Below are positions 19,844 to 29,275 of a stretch of DNA of 64,000 nucleotides, piece after piece (position 1 is the stretch's first letter; each line of letters begins with the position of its first letter). Origin of the DNA: Verrucomicrobiota bacterium (lineage in GTDB: Bacteria; Verrucomicrobiota; Verrucomicrobiia; Limisphaerales; SXQI01). Location of the stretch: NCBI GenBank assembly GCA_033762115.1, contig JANRLX010000129.1, forward strand, positions 1-64,000. The letters run 5' to 3'. The position numbers and the translations under genes were made by a program. Under the pieces are notes generated by a model, which ran no database searches, was not told the DNA's origin, and saw nothing but the letters and a program-made list of their open reading frames with translations.

Positions 19844-21121
19844 TCAAGCATGAGCCTGACGAAGAGTGGAAGAGGTTTCTCCAGGGGTGAGGGTTTGAGG
19901 GAGAGGTTTTTTGGCCTGCACCGTTGGGGCAGAATCGATCATCCCGAGAAAGATATAGAATAAATGGGAGATGTAGTGACTATCGAGCGTGTTGGTGCCC
20001 AGGCAGACGAGGCAAAAAGTGCCAATCAGCGCAACCCAGCCCAATCCTTGTTCTTTTTTCAAGGCCAATCGACAAGCGGTGAAGAGGATGAATAAAAAGA
20101 GGGCGAGCCCAAAGATCCCCAAATCTGCCATGATGCGCATAAAATTGGCATCCACTACCTGACCCATGCGCGCCAGTCCGGCGGAGTAAGCAGCGGAGGA
20201 AGTGCCACCAATGCCAACTCCCAGTGGAAACTCCTGAATGTACTCGAGTCCGGGTGCGTAGCCACGGGCTGTAAAAGCTTCGCTCATTTCAGAGGTGGAT
20301 CGTTGATAGACTGCTTCAAAAGTGCCGGTATAGCGTGAATCGAAAAGAAAAAGAGCAGCTAAAAGAAGCAGAAGAGTCACACTAGAAATCAATATTCGAT
20401 AACTGATGTTTTCCCGCTTGAGAAAGAGGATGTAGCCCATTGCAAAAAGGGAGGCGAGCATCCCCCCGCGCTGCCGGGAAAGAGCAACGCTTAACAGGAG
20501 AATTGGCATGGCAATCGGAAGTACCTTTTTCCAGTTTGAGTTGAGTGTTGCCAGTACAAGGCTGCTGGCGCAGATGGTGCCGACTGCGGTGGAGCCAAAG
20601 TAGGATTGTAATCTTGAATAGGATTGCCATTCCTCCGAGACATTAAAATCAAATACGGTGGTCTCAAGGAATGCTGTATAAAAAGCGGGACGGTCATAGA
20701 ATACCCAAAGGCCGAAGAGCAGGGCAAAAAGATTCAGGTAAAGGATGGCCCGGCGGAGTTTTTCCTGTTCCGGCAGGGCGAGCATTTTCACGGCAAAATA
20801 ACAAAAAATGGGGAGGACGAAATAATGAACGCCATAGAAGTAGGCGTTGATGTCGCTTGGGTTGTTCGGCTGAAAATAAAGCAGGATAGAAAGAAGCGAA
20901 TAGGCCCCAAAAGCAATCACGCTCCAATCGAGGACGGAGAAGCGATATTTCCCAATTTTTTGGCGACTGGGAAAATAAATCAACGTCATGAAAATCGGAA
21001 TGAGAGTAAAGGTGTCCACCAGATAGACAGTGCGTCCTCCCGGCAATCTCCCGAATACATTGAGAATCGGCGCCATGTGGAGCATCACGACGAACAACAA
21101 TAAAGCGTAATAATATCTCAT
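19844..21121 (-). CDS. Polytopic membrane protein, putative Wzy polymerase / O-antigen-ligase family
   Basis: About 11 hydrophobic segments; SRQRGG, PLGVGIG, DANFMRIMADLGIFG. Confidence 0.75.
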   Translation of the reverse strand: MRYYYALLLFVVMLHMAPILNVFGRLPGGRTVYLVDTFTLIPIFMTLIYFPSRQKIGKYRFSVLDWSVIAFGAYSLLSILLYFQPNNPSDINAYFYGVHYFVLPIFCYFAVKMLALPEQEKLRRAILYLNLFALLFGLWVFYDRPAFYTAFLETTVFDFNVSEEWQSYSRLQSYFGSTAVGTICASSLVLATLNSNWKKVLPIAMPILLLSVALSRQRGGMLASLFAMGYILFLKRENISYRILISSVTLLLLLAALFLFDSRYTGTFEAVYQRSTSEMSEAFTARGYAPGLEYIQEFPLGVGIGGTSSAAYSAGLARMGQVVDANFMRIMADLGIFGLALFLFILFTACRLALKKEQGLGWVALIGTFCLVCLGTNTLDSHYISHLFYIFLGMIDSAPTVQAKKPLPQTLTPGETSSTLRQAHA

Positions 21122-21180
21122 GCTTAAGCCGCGTTCACTTGCAACGCATCCTTTTCCGGCAAACCGCCCGAAAGCTTGCC

Positions 21181-21209
21181 AGCATACAATCGTTCAGCTT
21201 TTCCGACAA
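21181..21209 (-). promoter_or_regulatory. sigma70-type promoter of the wzy/pgl-like operon
   Basis: Minus strand TTGTCG-17 nt-TATGCT, 60 nt upstream of the ATG. Confidence 0.55.
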
Positions 21210-21281
21210 CCGTCAGATGATCCCGGATTGAGGTTTGGAATGAAAGCTTTTGGGATTTTTCCATTTTGATAAAGTTTGGAA

Positions 21282-22505
21282 ATGAACCGGCCATTGCTCA
21301 TTTTTACCTTGCTGACCAGCACCCTGATGGCGGGGGATTGGCCGCAATGGCGCGGCCCAGGGCGGGACGGGCATACGCAACAAGATCGGCTCCCGGCAAT
21401 CCTGCCGGAGCAATTGAAGCCTGTCTGGAGCATTGAGATCGGCCCCGGGTTTGCATCACCTGTTGTTGAAGGAGAGAAGCTGGTGCTGTTTGACGCGCAG
21501 AACCAAGAGGAGGTGGTGCGTTGCCTCGATGCGGCGACCGGAAAGGAACGATGGCGCCAAAGGATTTCGGCAATGTATGAAGATGAATGGGGGGCAGGGC
21601 CAAGGAGCACCCCGTTTATTCACCGAAGGAAGGTTTATGCACAATCATGCGACGGACATTTTGTGAGCCTGGATATTGATACTGGAGAGCGGATTTGGGA
21701 AGTGAGTTTCGAGAAGGATTTTGGAGTGAAATTCCTTGGTTACAAGGCGAACGAAGGGACTGCCACGAGGCGTGGGAACAATGGTTCAGGAATTGCGGAT
21801 GGCGATGGAGTGCTGGTGCCTGTGGGGGGTAGAGACGGAAATTCAGTGGTGTGTTTTAATGAAAAAACGGGAGCTGTCGTATGGAAAAGCGGAAATGATG
21901 AAGCGGCTTACTCTTCACTGGTAATAGGAGAATTTGAGGGTGTGCGACAGGTTGTGGCCTTTATGGGGGATGCCCTGTCAGGATTTGATCGAACCACCGG
22001 TGAACAGTTGTGGCGCGTCCCGTTGCGAACCAATGCCAAGCGGCATGCAGCAACGCCGGTCATTCATCAGGGCCAAATTGTGGTGAATTCCCATACATTC
22101 GGGGTAATTGCTTTCAGGCCGGGAAGAGTGAATGGGATTTGGGAGGTGAAACAGGCATGGGCCAATCCTGGATTAAAGATCAATCTCGCCACGCCAGTGC
22201 TGATTGGCGATGCATTTTACTCCCAAGGACCGATGAAAAACTTTGTCTGCTTTGATGCCAGAAATGGAGAAACGCTTTGGTCTCGCGCCGGGTTTGGAAT
22301 GGATTACAGCTCGATCATCTCAGACGGCAGTAAAGGCGTGGGGCTGACTGATGCAGGCGAGTTGATTTTATTTCAGCCAGACCGGACTGCTTACAAGGAA
22401 ATAAGCCGGGTGCAGGTTTGCGGGAAAAACTGGAGTTATCCAGCCCTGGCAAATGGAATGATGTATCTCAGGGACCAAAAAAATCTTTTCTGCTACAGGT
22501 TCTGA
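21282..22505 (+). CDS. Exported PQQ-like (BamB-like) beta-propeller protein
   Basis: Signal peptide, DWPQWRGPGRDG, repeated DAxTGxxxW. Confidence 0.85.
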   Translation: MNRPLLIFTLLTSTLMAGDWPQWRGPGRDGHTQQDRLPAILPEQLKPVWSIEIGPGFASPVVEGEKLVLFDAQNQEEVVRCLDAATGKERWRQRISAMYEDEWGAGPRSTPFIHRRKVYAQSCDGHFVSLDIDTGERIWEVSFEKDFGVKFLGYKANEGTATRRGNNGSGIADGDGVLVPVGGRDGNSVVCFNEKTGAVVWKSGNDEAAYSSLVIGEFEGVRQVVAFMGDALSGFDRTTGEQLWRVPLRTNAKRHAATPVIHQGQIVVNSHTFGVIAFRPGRVNGIWEVKQAWANPGLKINLATPVLIGDAFYSQGPMKNFVCFDARNGETLWSRAGFGMDYSSIISDGSKGVGLTDAGELILFQPDRTAYKEISRVQVCGKNWSYPALANGMMYLRDQKNLFCYRF

Positions 22506-23747
22506 CTATTCGACTCGATAAAGAGCTTTTTTGGTACGGAGATAAAATGAATTACCGGAAACGGCGGGGGAGGCCATGAACCCTTCGGGCATATCATTTT
22601 GTGCGAGGATTTCAAAAGTGGGATTTGATTTGAGGACGGTGATTTTACCCTGCTGGCTGAAAAAGTAAATTTTGCCATTGGCGTGAATGGGTGAAGCTGA
22701 ATAATCGCCACCGATCCGCTCCTGGAATTGTTCCTTGCCGTTTCGGGCATCCAGACAGGTGACGATGCCACTGTCGCTAACCATGAAAAGATAATCGCCA
22801 ACGATAATTGGAGAAGACATGGAAGGGGTTTGTTTTGGATATTTCCAAACGACTGCATCGGATGTCATATCACCATTTCCACCAGGTTTGACCGCCCAAA
22901 GTTCAGGTTTCATGAATCCAGTGCAAACAAAGACCAGCCCATGAGCGAAAAGGGGGCGAGGGACATTGGAGAAGCCCGGATAACGGACCTGCCACAATTC
23001 CTTACCGGTTGCGGGGTCGTAGGCGTAGAGGTGTTCTGCGGCAGGGCTGAGCATTTCCTGGCGGCCATCGACCGTGATGACCAGTGGAATACTGTAGGCT
23101 TTGCGCATGGAGGTGGGGGTGTTTTCGAGAGAGACTGAACGTTCGGTTTTCCATGCGAGGTTGCCATTTTTTTTGTGCAGGGCGGCAATGTATTGTGAAT
23201 TAGTGCCATCACAATGAAGGATGAAGAAATCATTATGGAGAATAGGTGAACTTCCGGGGCCAACCTCATGCCCGAGAGAGAGCACCTGAGATTTCCAGGC
23301 AATCTTGCCGGTATCAGTGTCGATGGCCGCATTGCCATAATTGCCGAAACTGAAGTAGGCGCGGCCTTTCTCCAGAACGGGTGTGGGAGATGCATAGCTA
23401 TTGAGCGTATGCTTGAACTCAGGGGCTTCGACCGAGAACAGTTCGATGTTGTGGAGGAGTTTGCCATTGTTTTTATCCACACAGAGGGCACGTAACGATT
23501 TTCCATCGTCAAGGGCTGTGGTCATCCAGATCTGGTTGTTGAAAATAACCGGAGAAGACCAGCCTTCACCAGGAAGTTCAGTGCGCCATTTGACCCGTTC
23601 CGTTTGAGAAAATGTGGTTGGAAGAGAAGTCGCTTCGGCGTGGCCCTGGCCGGTAGGCCCGCGAAATTCGGGCCAGTTGTGAGCGGTTAAGGTGACAGGA
23701 ATGGCGGCGCAGGCGAGCAGAACCAAATAGTGAGGTTTTAAGATCAT
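22506..23747 (-). CDS. Exported PQQ-like (BamB-like) beta-propeller protein
   Basis: Signal peptide, NWPEFRGPTGQG, repeated SSP and TGKxxW. Confidence 0.85.
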   Translation of the reverse strand: MILKPHYLVLLACAAIPVTLTAHNWPEFRGPTGQGHAEATSLPTTFSQTERVKWRTELPGEGWSSPVIFNNQIWMTTALDDGKSLRALCVDKNNGKLLHNIELFSVEAPEFKHTLNSYASPTPVLEKGRAYFSFGNYGNAAIDTDTGKIAWKSQVLSLGHEVGPGSSPILHNDFFILHCDGTNSQYIAALHKKNGNLAWKTERSVSLENTPTSMRKAYSIPLVITVDGRQEMLSPAAEHLYAYDPATGKELWQVRYPGFSNVPRPLFAHGLVFVCTGFMKPELWAVKPGGNGDMTSDAVVWKYPKQTPSMSSPIIVGDYLFMVSDSGIVTCLDARNGKEQFQERIGGDYSASPIHANGKIYFFSQQGKITVLKSNPTFEILAQNDMPEGFMASPAVSGNSFYLRTKKALYRVE

Positions 23748-23749
23748 GA

Positions 23750-24817
23750 TCAAGCTTCGGCGATGATGATTGGGTGGCTTTTTAAATCGAGATTAAAAGT
23801 CAATCCGGTCCCGGGCTGATTACATTCCTTGCGAACGAATCCGAGAGCACGCGCTGATTTGCCGGGAAGGGCAGCGGCGCTGGTAATCCAACCGACCTCC
23901 TTATCTTCTTTCAGGAGACGAGTTCCTTTTGGGGGTAGTTGGAGGAGCGAATCCGGGAGAAGCATCATTCGCAACGATTTAGCGACCTGGCCGTAAGTGC
24001 GGATTCGGGCGATGACTTCCTGGCCGATGTAACAACCTTTATTGTAGCTGATCATTTCATGGGTGCGATTGCTTTCAGGGGCAAGGTTGGATTCATCAAG
24101 GTCCTGTCCAAAACGGGGGATTCCTGCCATGATCCGGCAGAGTTCCAATCCCCGCCAGCCGACGGGTAAACCTTTGAAGGGACGAATTACCTGAAGTAAA
24201 TAATCCCAGGTTTGATTGCGACGCTCCGCAGGAACGAAAAGATCGAAACCGGGAACTTTTGTTCGTGGATGAGCCATGAGGTAACATTCACCCATGACAG
24301 GATGGTTTAATTTCAGGTGTTCGAGATACTTTTGAGGAAGGTTTGCTCCCAACGTGGTGAAAGCTTTTTCGGCTTCCGGCCCCTGAAGTGAAAAGAGGGC
24401 GTAATGTTCCGCGAGATTTGTGATCTGAACATCTTCAGCGATGATGTATTTTTCGAGACGTTCCTGAACCGTGGAGGAGTAACCTGGTTCAAAATCAAGG
24501 AGCAGTCCTTCCTCCATTTGATAAATGTAAAGGTCGCTCTGCATTTTGCCTTTGGCCGTGACGAGCGCCGCATAGCAGCCTTGCCCGTGATTCAGGCGGT
24601 TGATGTCATTGGTGACCTGGCCGTGAAGAAAACGTTTGGCATCCGTGCCGCTGAGAAAAAGACGGGAACGGCCGGAGAGATCGAGCAATCCTACAGTGTT
24701 AAGAAGATAATTCTCCGGATTTTCGCGGGACTCGGGGTAATCGAGGACAAACGGGAGACCATTGATCAATGTTGTGACGACCGACCGAGGGCCTGTTACA
24801 GAGAGAGAATCATTCAT
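23750..24817 (-). CDS. ygfZ: Folate-binding YgfZ/GcvT-family protein
   Basis: KGCYIGQEVIAR signature. Confidence 0.9.
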   Translation of the reverse strand: MNDSLSVTGPRSVVTTLINGLPFVLDYPESRENPENYLLNTVGLLDLSGRSRLFLSGTDAKRFLHGQVTNDINRLNHGQGCYAALVTAKGKMQSDLYIYQMEEGLLLDFEPGYSSTVQERLEKYIIAEDVQITNLAEHYALFSLQGPEAEKAFTTLGANLPQKYLEHLKLNHPVMGECYLMAHPRTKVPGFDLFVPAERRNQTWDYLLQVIRPFKGLPVGWRGLELCRIMAGIPRFGQDLDESNLAPESNRTHEMISYNKGCYIGQEVIARIRTYGQVAKSLRMMLLPDSLLQLPPKGTRLLKEDKEVGWITSAAALPGKSARALGFVRKECNQPGTGLTFNLDLKSHPIIIAEA

Positions 24818-25046
24818 GGTAATTCTTTCGCCATTTCAGACGGGCCGCCGCAGAATAAACAGCTCAAAAACCAACATGTGGAAGAAATGTATCGGAAAGG
24901 GACTCTTTTGTCAGGAGGTTTGCGCGTGATGGTTTCGGGGCTTGAAATAGAGTGTAAACGGCAGTTGCCTGGAAATATTGAGAGCATTGATGCGGGTTGC
25001 GCTTGTAGTGCCGGTGGGGGATGCAACAATGCGTGGCGCTGAATTT

Positions 25047-26372
25047 ATGAAGCAAGTGGGCTTTGAGATTATCATTCTTTTTCTGCTTCTCGTGGCGAAC
25101 GGAGTGTTTGCTATGGCGGAGATTGCAGTCGTTTCCGCGAGGAAGGCCCGTTTGCGTCGTCTGGCCGAGCAGGGGAACGGAAAGGCCAGAGCAGCGCTGG
25201 ATCTGGCGGAATCGCCGAATCGCTTTCTGGCGACAGTGCAGGTGGGGATTACGCTGGTGGGGATTTTTGCGGGGGCGCTCGGTGGCGCCACGCTGGCAGC
25301 AAAGCTTGCGCAGCCGATTGGGCAAATACCTGCCGTGGCGGCGTACGCAGACAAAATCGCTTTCGGTATCGTCGTCGCGCTCATTACTTATTTTTCGTTG
25401 GTGTTGGGTGAGCTTGTGCCGAAGCGGTTGGGATTGAGTAACCCGGAAGGGATTGCGATGGCGTTTGCCAAGCCGATGAACTGGCTTTCACGGCTGGCCA
25501 GTCCGCTGGTGACGTTTCTTAGCGTCTCAACAGAAGGGCTCCTGCGGGCGCTTGGTTTTAAACCTGAAAAGGGAGAGGTGATTTCAGCGGAAGAAGTGCA
25601 AGTATTAATGCAGGAAGGGGTGAGGGCGGGAGCGTTCAATAAAGCGGAAAGCGACATCATTCATAGCGCGCTTGAACTGGACCAGTTGCCGGTCAGGGAA
25701 ATCATGACTCCCCGTCCAAAGGTGATCTGGGTGAACGAGGATGATTCACACGAGCAGATCTGGCACAAAATCGTGGTGAGCAATCATTCTTATTTTCCTG
25801 TTTACCGGGAAAACCGGGACAACACCGTGGGCATCGTTTCGGTGAAGGCGATTTATGCCAACCTCGCCGCGAATGTGGGAGTGAATCTCAAGGATCTGAT
25901 GGTCCCTCCGCTGGTCGTGCCGGAGACTCAAACGGTGATTCAGTTGGTGGAGACATTCAAGCAAAGCGGAAAACATATTGCGCTGGTGACGGATGAATTC
26001 GGGAACATAGTGGGTTTGGTCACGCTCAATGATGTGATGGAAGCGATCGTGGGAGAGTTTCCGTCTCAGGGAGCGCGCGCCAGGCCGGAGGCAAAAAAGC
26101 GGGAAGATGGGTCATGGCTGATTGACGCGATGATTGATCTGGAAGCGGTGGAAAAGGCATTGCCAGGTTTTAAATTTGGCGACGAAGCTTATACTGAGTA
26201 TCAGACTCTGGCAGGATTTGTCGTTAAATTTTTGGGGCGAGTCCCCAAGGAAGGGGAAACCTTCGAGGTGCAGGGATATTTATTCGAGGTGTTGGACATG
26301 GACCGACATCGGGTGGACAAAATCCTGGTGATGTCCTCAAAAACAATCACGGGCCAATCAAAAACGCAATGA
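25047..26372 (+). CDS. HlyC/CorC (CNNM-CBS-CorC) hemolysin-family transporter
   Basis: NGVFAMAEIA, FLATVQVGIT, GELVPK, IMTPR, DEFG...GLVTLND; start uncertain (25029 or 25047). Confidence 0.92.
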   Translation: MKQVGFEIIILFLLLVANGVFAMAEIAVVSARKARLRRLAEQGNGKARAALDLAESPNRFLATVQVGITLVGIFAGALGGATLAAKLAQPIGQIPAVAAYADKIAFGIVVALITYFSLVLGELVPKRLGLSNPEGIAMAFAKPMNWLSRLASPLVTFLSVSTEGLLRALGFKPEKGEVISAEEVQVLMQEGVRAGAFNKAESDIIHSALELDQLPVREIMTPRPKVIWVNEDDSHEQIWHKIVVSNHSYFPVYRENRDNTVGIVSVKAIYANLAANVGVNLKDLMVPPLVVPETQTVIQLVETFKQSGKHIALVTDEFGNIVGLVTLNDVMEAIVGEFPSQGARARPEAKKREDGSWLIDAMIDLEAVEKALPGFKFGDEAYTEYQTLAGFVVKFLGRVPKEGETFEVQGYLFEVLDMDRHRVDKILVMSSKTITGQSKTQ

Positions 26373-26379
26373 TGCTACT

Positions 26380-27579
26380 TTGGTAAGCATAGTGACTCGG
26401 CGCAATGAGGTTGCGAGGAGAGGTCAGGGTGTGAGAGGTTTTGGTTTGAGAACGCATTTGGAAACGAACCAGTCATGGTCTTTGAGGGAGTGGGGAAGGA
26501 AGTTGATGGGGTTGATGGAACCAGAGGCAACCGACTGGCCGGATGAACTGTTCAATCAGCTTGCAGTGGAGTTGTTTGCATTGCAGTTCAGGTTCAACCC
26601 GGCCTATCGGAAATTTTGCGAGGCGCGTCGAATAGAAGAGAAGGATGTGAGTGAGTGGCGAGCCATTCCTGCGGTGCCCGCAGTGGCTTTTAAATTATCG
26701 GAAATGACCTCCATCGAGGAGCGGGACAGAAACCGCTGTTTCTTTTCGAGCGGCACAAGTCAGCAGGAGCGGAGCAGGCATTATCATTCTTCGGTGTCAT
26801 TAGGAATTTATGAATGTGCCCTGCGCCATCATTTTGAGCGTAGCGTCATCCCATTCGAACAGTTAAAGGAGTATGAACTGGTGTTTTTGACTCCCAGGCC
26901 GGAGGAAACCCCGAATTCGTCGCTCAATTATATGTTTGGGCAATTTTCGTTGCATTCGAAGGTAGCGTGTTTTTTTGGAAAAATAGAGGCGAACGGTGGG
27001 TGGGGGCTGGATATGGAGGGATTGCGAATGTGGTTAACGGAAAGGGGGCCGATGGGGCGACCGGTATTCTTGTTTGGAACAGCCTTCAATTATGTGCAAT
27101 TACTTGGAGGCTCGGGTCGGAATGGGAAAAAATGGCTTTTGCCGAAAGGATCGAAAGTCCTGGAGACAGGGGGATACAAGGGACGGGTGAGAGAGGTTGG
27201 AAAAGGTGAATTATATGGAGCAATTGCGGCATCTCTGGGGCTTGCGGTGTCGTCGATTTATTCAGAGTATGGAATGAGTGAGTTGAGTTCACAGGCGTAT
27301 GATTCGGATTCGCTGCATAAAGCGCCTGAAGAGCGAAGATTTCGGTTTCCCGGCTGGGTGCGGGTGCAAGTCATTTCGCCAGAGACTGGTCGTGCTGTCC
27401 GGGATGGGGACCAGGGATTGATCCAGGTGCATGACCTAGCGAATGTGTTTTCAGCGGGGGCTTTGTTGACGGGTGATTTGGGGGTGATTGAAGGAGAGTA
27501 TTTTCGCCTGTCCGGACGTGCCGAATCAATGCTGCCCAAGGGTTGTTCGTTATTCGCAGAGGAGGATAAGTTTCAGTAG
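26380..27579 (+). CDS. LuxE-like acyl-protein synthetase / ANL adenylating enzyme
   Basis: SSGTS P-loop, ETGGYKG, SEYGMSELSSQAY, TGDLG, GR...KGCS; true start may be near 26506. Confidence 0.8.
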   Translation: MVSIVTRRNEVARRGQGVRGFGLRTHLETNQSWSLREWGRKLMGLMEPEATDWPDELFNQLAVELFALQFRFNPAYRKFCEARRIEEKDVSEWRAIPAVPAVAFKLSEMTSIEERDRNRCFFSSGTSQQERSRHYHSSVSLGIYECALRHHFERSVIPFEQLKEYELVFLTPRPEETPNSSLNYMFGQFSLHSKVACFFGKIEANGGWGLDMEGLRMWLTERGPMGRPVFLFGTAFNYVQLLGGSGRNGKKWLLPKGSKVLETGGYKGRVREVGKGELYGAIAASLGLAVSSIYSEYGMSELSSQAYDSDSLHKAPEERRFRFPGWVRVQVISPETGRAVRDGDQGLIQVHDLANVFSAGALLTGDLGVIEGEYFRLSGRAESMLPKGCSLFAEEDKFQ

Positions 27580-27620
27580 CGGGTTGAAAATAGCCTTTTC
27601 GAGTGTATGATGCCGCCCTC

Positions 27621-28142
27621 ATGGAGGAACCGCTGATGGCGCAAACGATCAACGAAGGGCCTGACAAGCATCATTTTAATGCTGCATCAGGATGGATTGA
27701 GCTTGGGTGTGCGGAGGAGGCAGAGGAGGAATTGAAGGCGTTAAGCCCGGAGCTCAGGGAGCATCCTGATGTGCTTCTGTTGCGGTGGGAGATCAGTTCG
27801 TTCAGGAAGCAATGGGAGGTGGGGGTGGAGATTGGAAAGACCCTGGCCCAGACTTCGCCCGAACGTGTGGAGGGTTGGCTCAAGCAGGCATTTGCCCTGC
27901 ATGAATTAAAGAGGACCCAGGAGGCTTGGGATGCATTGTACCCGGTGCTTGAGCATTTTCAGGAGGTGCCGATTGTGCCTTACAATCTGGCCTGTTATGC
28001 GGCGCAACTGGGAGATCTGGAAAGCGCAAGAAGGCTGTTGAAACGAGCGATGTCGATTGCTGCCCGGGGAGTGATCAAGGCAATGGCAATCGAAGACCCT
28101 GACCTGAAGCCGCTTTGGCCAGAGATCAAAGCGATGCGGTAA
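27621..28142 (+). CDS. TPR-repeat protein
   Basis: Helical repeats, YNLACY, DPDLKPLW. Confidence 0.8.
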   Translation: MEEPLMAQTINEGPDKHHFNAASGWIELGCAEEAEEELKALSPELREHPDVLLLRWEISSFRKQWEVGVEIGKTLAQTSPERVEGWLKQAFALHELKRTQEAWDALYPVLEHFQEVPIVPYNLACYAAQLGDLESARRLLKRAMSIAARGVIKAMAIEDPDLKPLWPEIKAMR

Positions 28143-28285
28143 CACCCGCTTTCGCAAGGGAGATTTACGGAAATTCGGTTTTTCGGTTCCAGTTGCTTTC
28201 GAGACGTTTGCCAGACAGGATAGAGGAATCATCTGGCGGTAACAAAGAGGTAACATGTTTTCGCCATGGTGAGGATGTGAGCCTG

Positions 28286-29275
28286 ATGCAAACTGAGCCT
28301 ATCGAAGCGTCCAAGACCATTCCGGCGATTCCAATCCCCAAACAGGCTGATGCAATTCTGCAGTTGGAAGAGGTGCATAAGTTCTATGGGTCATTCCATG
28401 CGGTGCAGGGAGTCAGTTTTTCGCTGCAACGAGGTCAGATTTATGGATTTCTCGGACCTAACGGGGCAGGCAAAACGACAACGATCCGAATGATCCTGGA
28501 CATTATCCGGCCCAGCAGCGGATCGATTCGGATTCTCGGCAGCGATTCAGTGATGAATGTGCGCAACCGGGTGGGATACCTTCCCGAGGAAAAGGGATTG
28601 TATAAAAAAATGAAGGCGTGGTCAGTGATCGCCTATTTTGCAAGCCTGAAGGGATTAAGCCGGACGCAGGCGCGGCAAAGAGCTTATGAGTTGCTGGAAC
28701 GGTATGGATTGAAGGATTTTGCGGAAAAACCCACAGAGGCCTTGTCCAAAGGGATGGGGCAAAAAGTGCAGGTGCTGGCTTCAATTGCACACGAACCGGA
28801 GTTCGTGATCCTTGACGAACCGTTTTCCGGTCTCGATCCGGTCAATCAGGAGGTGATGGAGCAGATCATTCGTGATCTTGCCGGGCGGGGGAGCACGATT
28901 CTTTTTTCCACTCATGTGATGCAGCATGCCGAGCGTTTATGTGAAAAAATCCTCCTGATTGCCCGCGGGAAAAAATTGTTTGATGGGACTGTCGCCCAGG
29001 CGAAGGCGTTGTTGGGACGCAGGGTATTCATCGAGACGGAGGAGAGTCTGGAGGCGGTGCGGTTGATGCCGATGGTGTCAGCAGTGCAGGAGGTGGATAG
29101 AGGGGGGCGAAAATGGGAACTGCATTTGAAAGATGGGGCTGATCCCCAGGAGATCCTGCAGAAATGTTTTGAGAGCGGAGTGCGCCTGCGCAGCTTTGTG
29201 CTGGAGGAACCCACGTTGCATGAAGTTTTCATGAAACTGGTGGGGCCGGAGGCAAAGGAGGCAAGTTTCCGATGA
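28286..29275 (+). CDS. ABC-2 exporter ATP-binding subunit (NatA/YhaQ-like)
   Basis: GPNGAGKTT, LSKGM, LDEPFSGLD; start placed at ATG 28286. Confidence 0.92.
   Translation: MQTEPIEASKTIPAIPIPKQADAILQLEEVHKFYGSFHAVQGVSFSLQRGQIYGFLGPNGAGKTTTIRMILDIIRPSSGSIRILGSDSVMNVRNRVGYLPEEKGLYKKMKAWSVIAYFASLKGLSRTQARQRAYELLERYGLKDFAEKPTEALSKGMGQKVQVLASIAHEPEFVILDEPFSGLDPVNQEVMEQIIRDLAGRGSTILFSTHVMQHAERLCEKILLIARGKKLFDGTVAQAKALLGRRVFIETEESLEAVRLMPMVSAVQEVDRGGRKWELHLKDGADPQEILQKCFESGVRLRSFVLEEPTLHEVFMKLVGPEAKEASFR

Noticed and set aside
21157..21182. GGCAAACC-GCCC-GAAA resembles the start of a c-di-GMP-I riboswitch
   Set aside because: No pairing around the GAAA loop and no following GGACGCAAA or second hairpin
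24818..25046. Long spacer upstream of the CorC-family gene as a metal or fluoride riboswitch
   Set aside because: No M-box, yybP-ykoY or fluoride consensus and no convincing helices found
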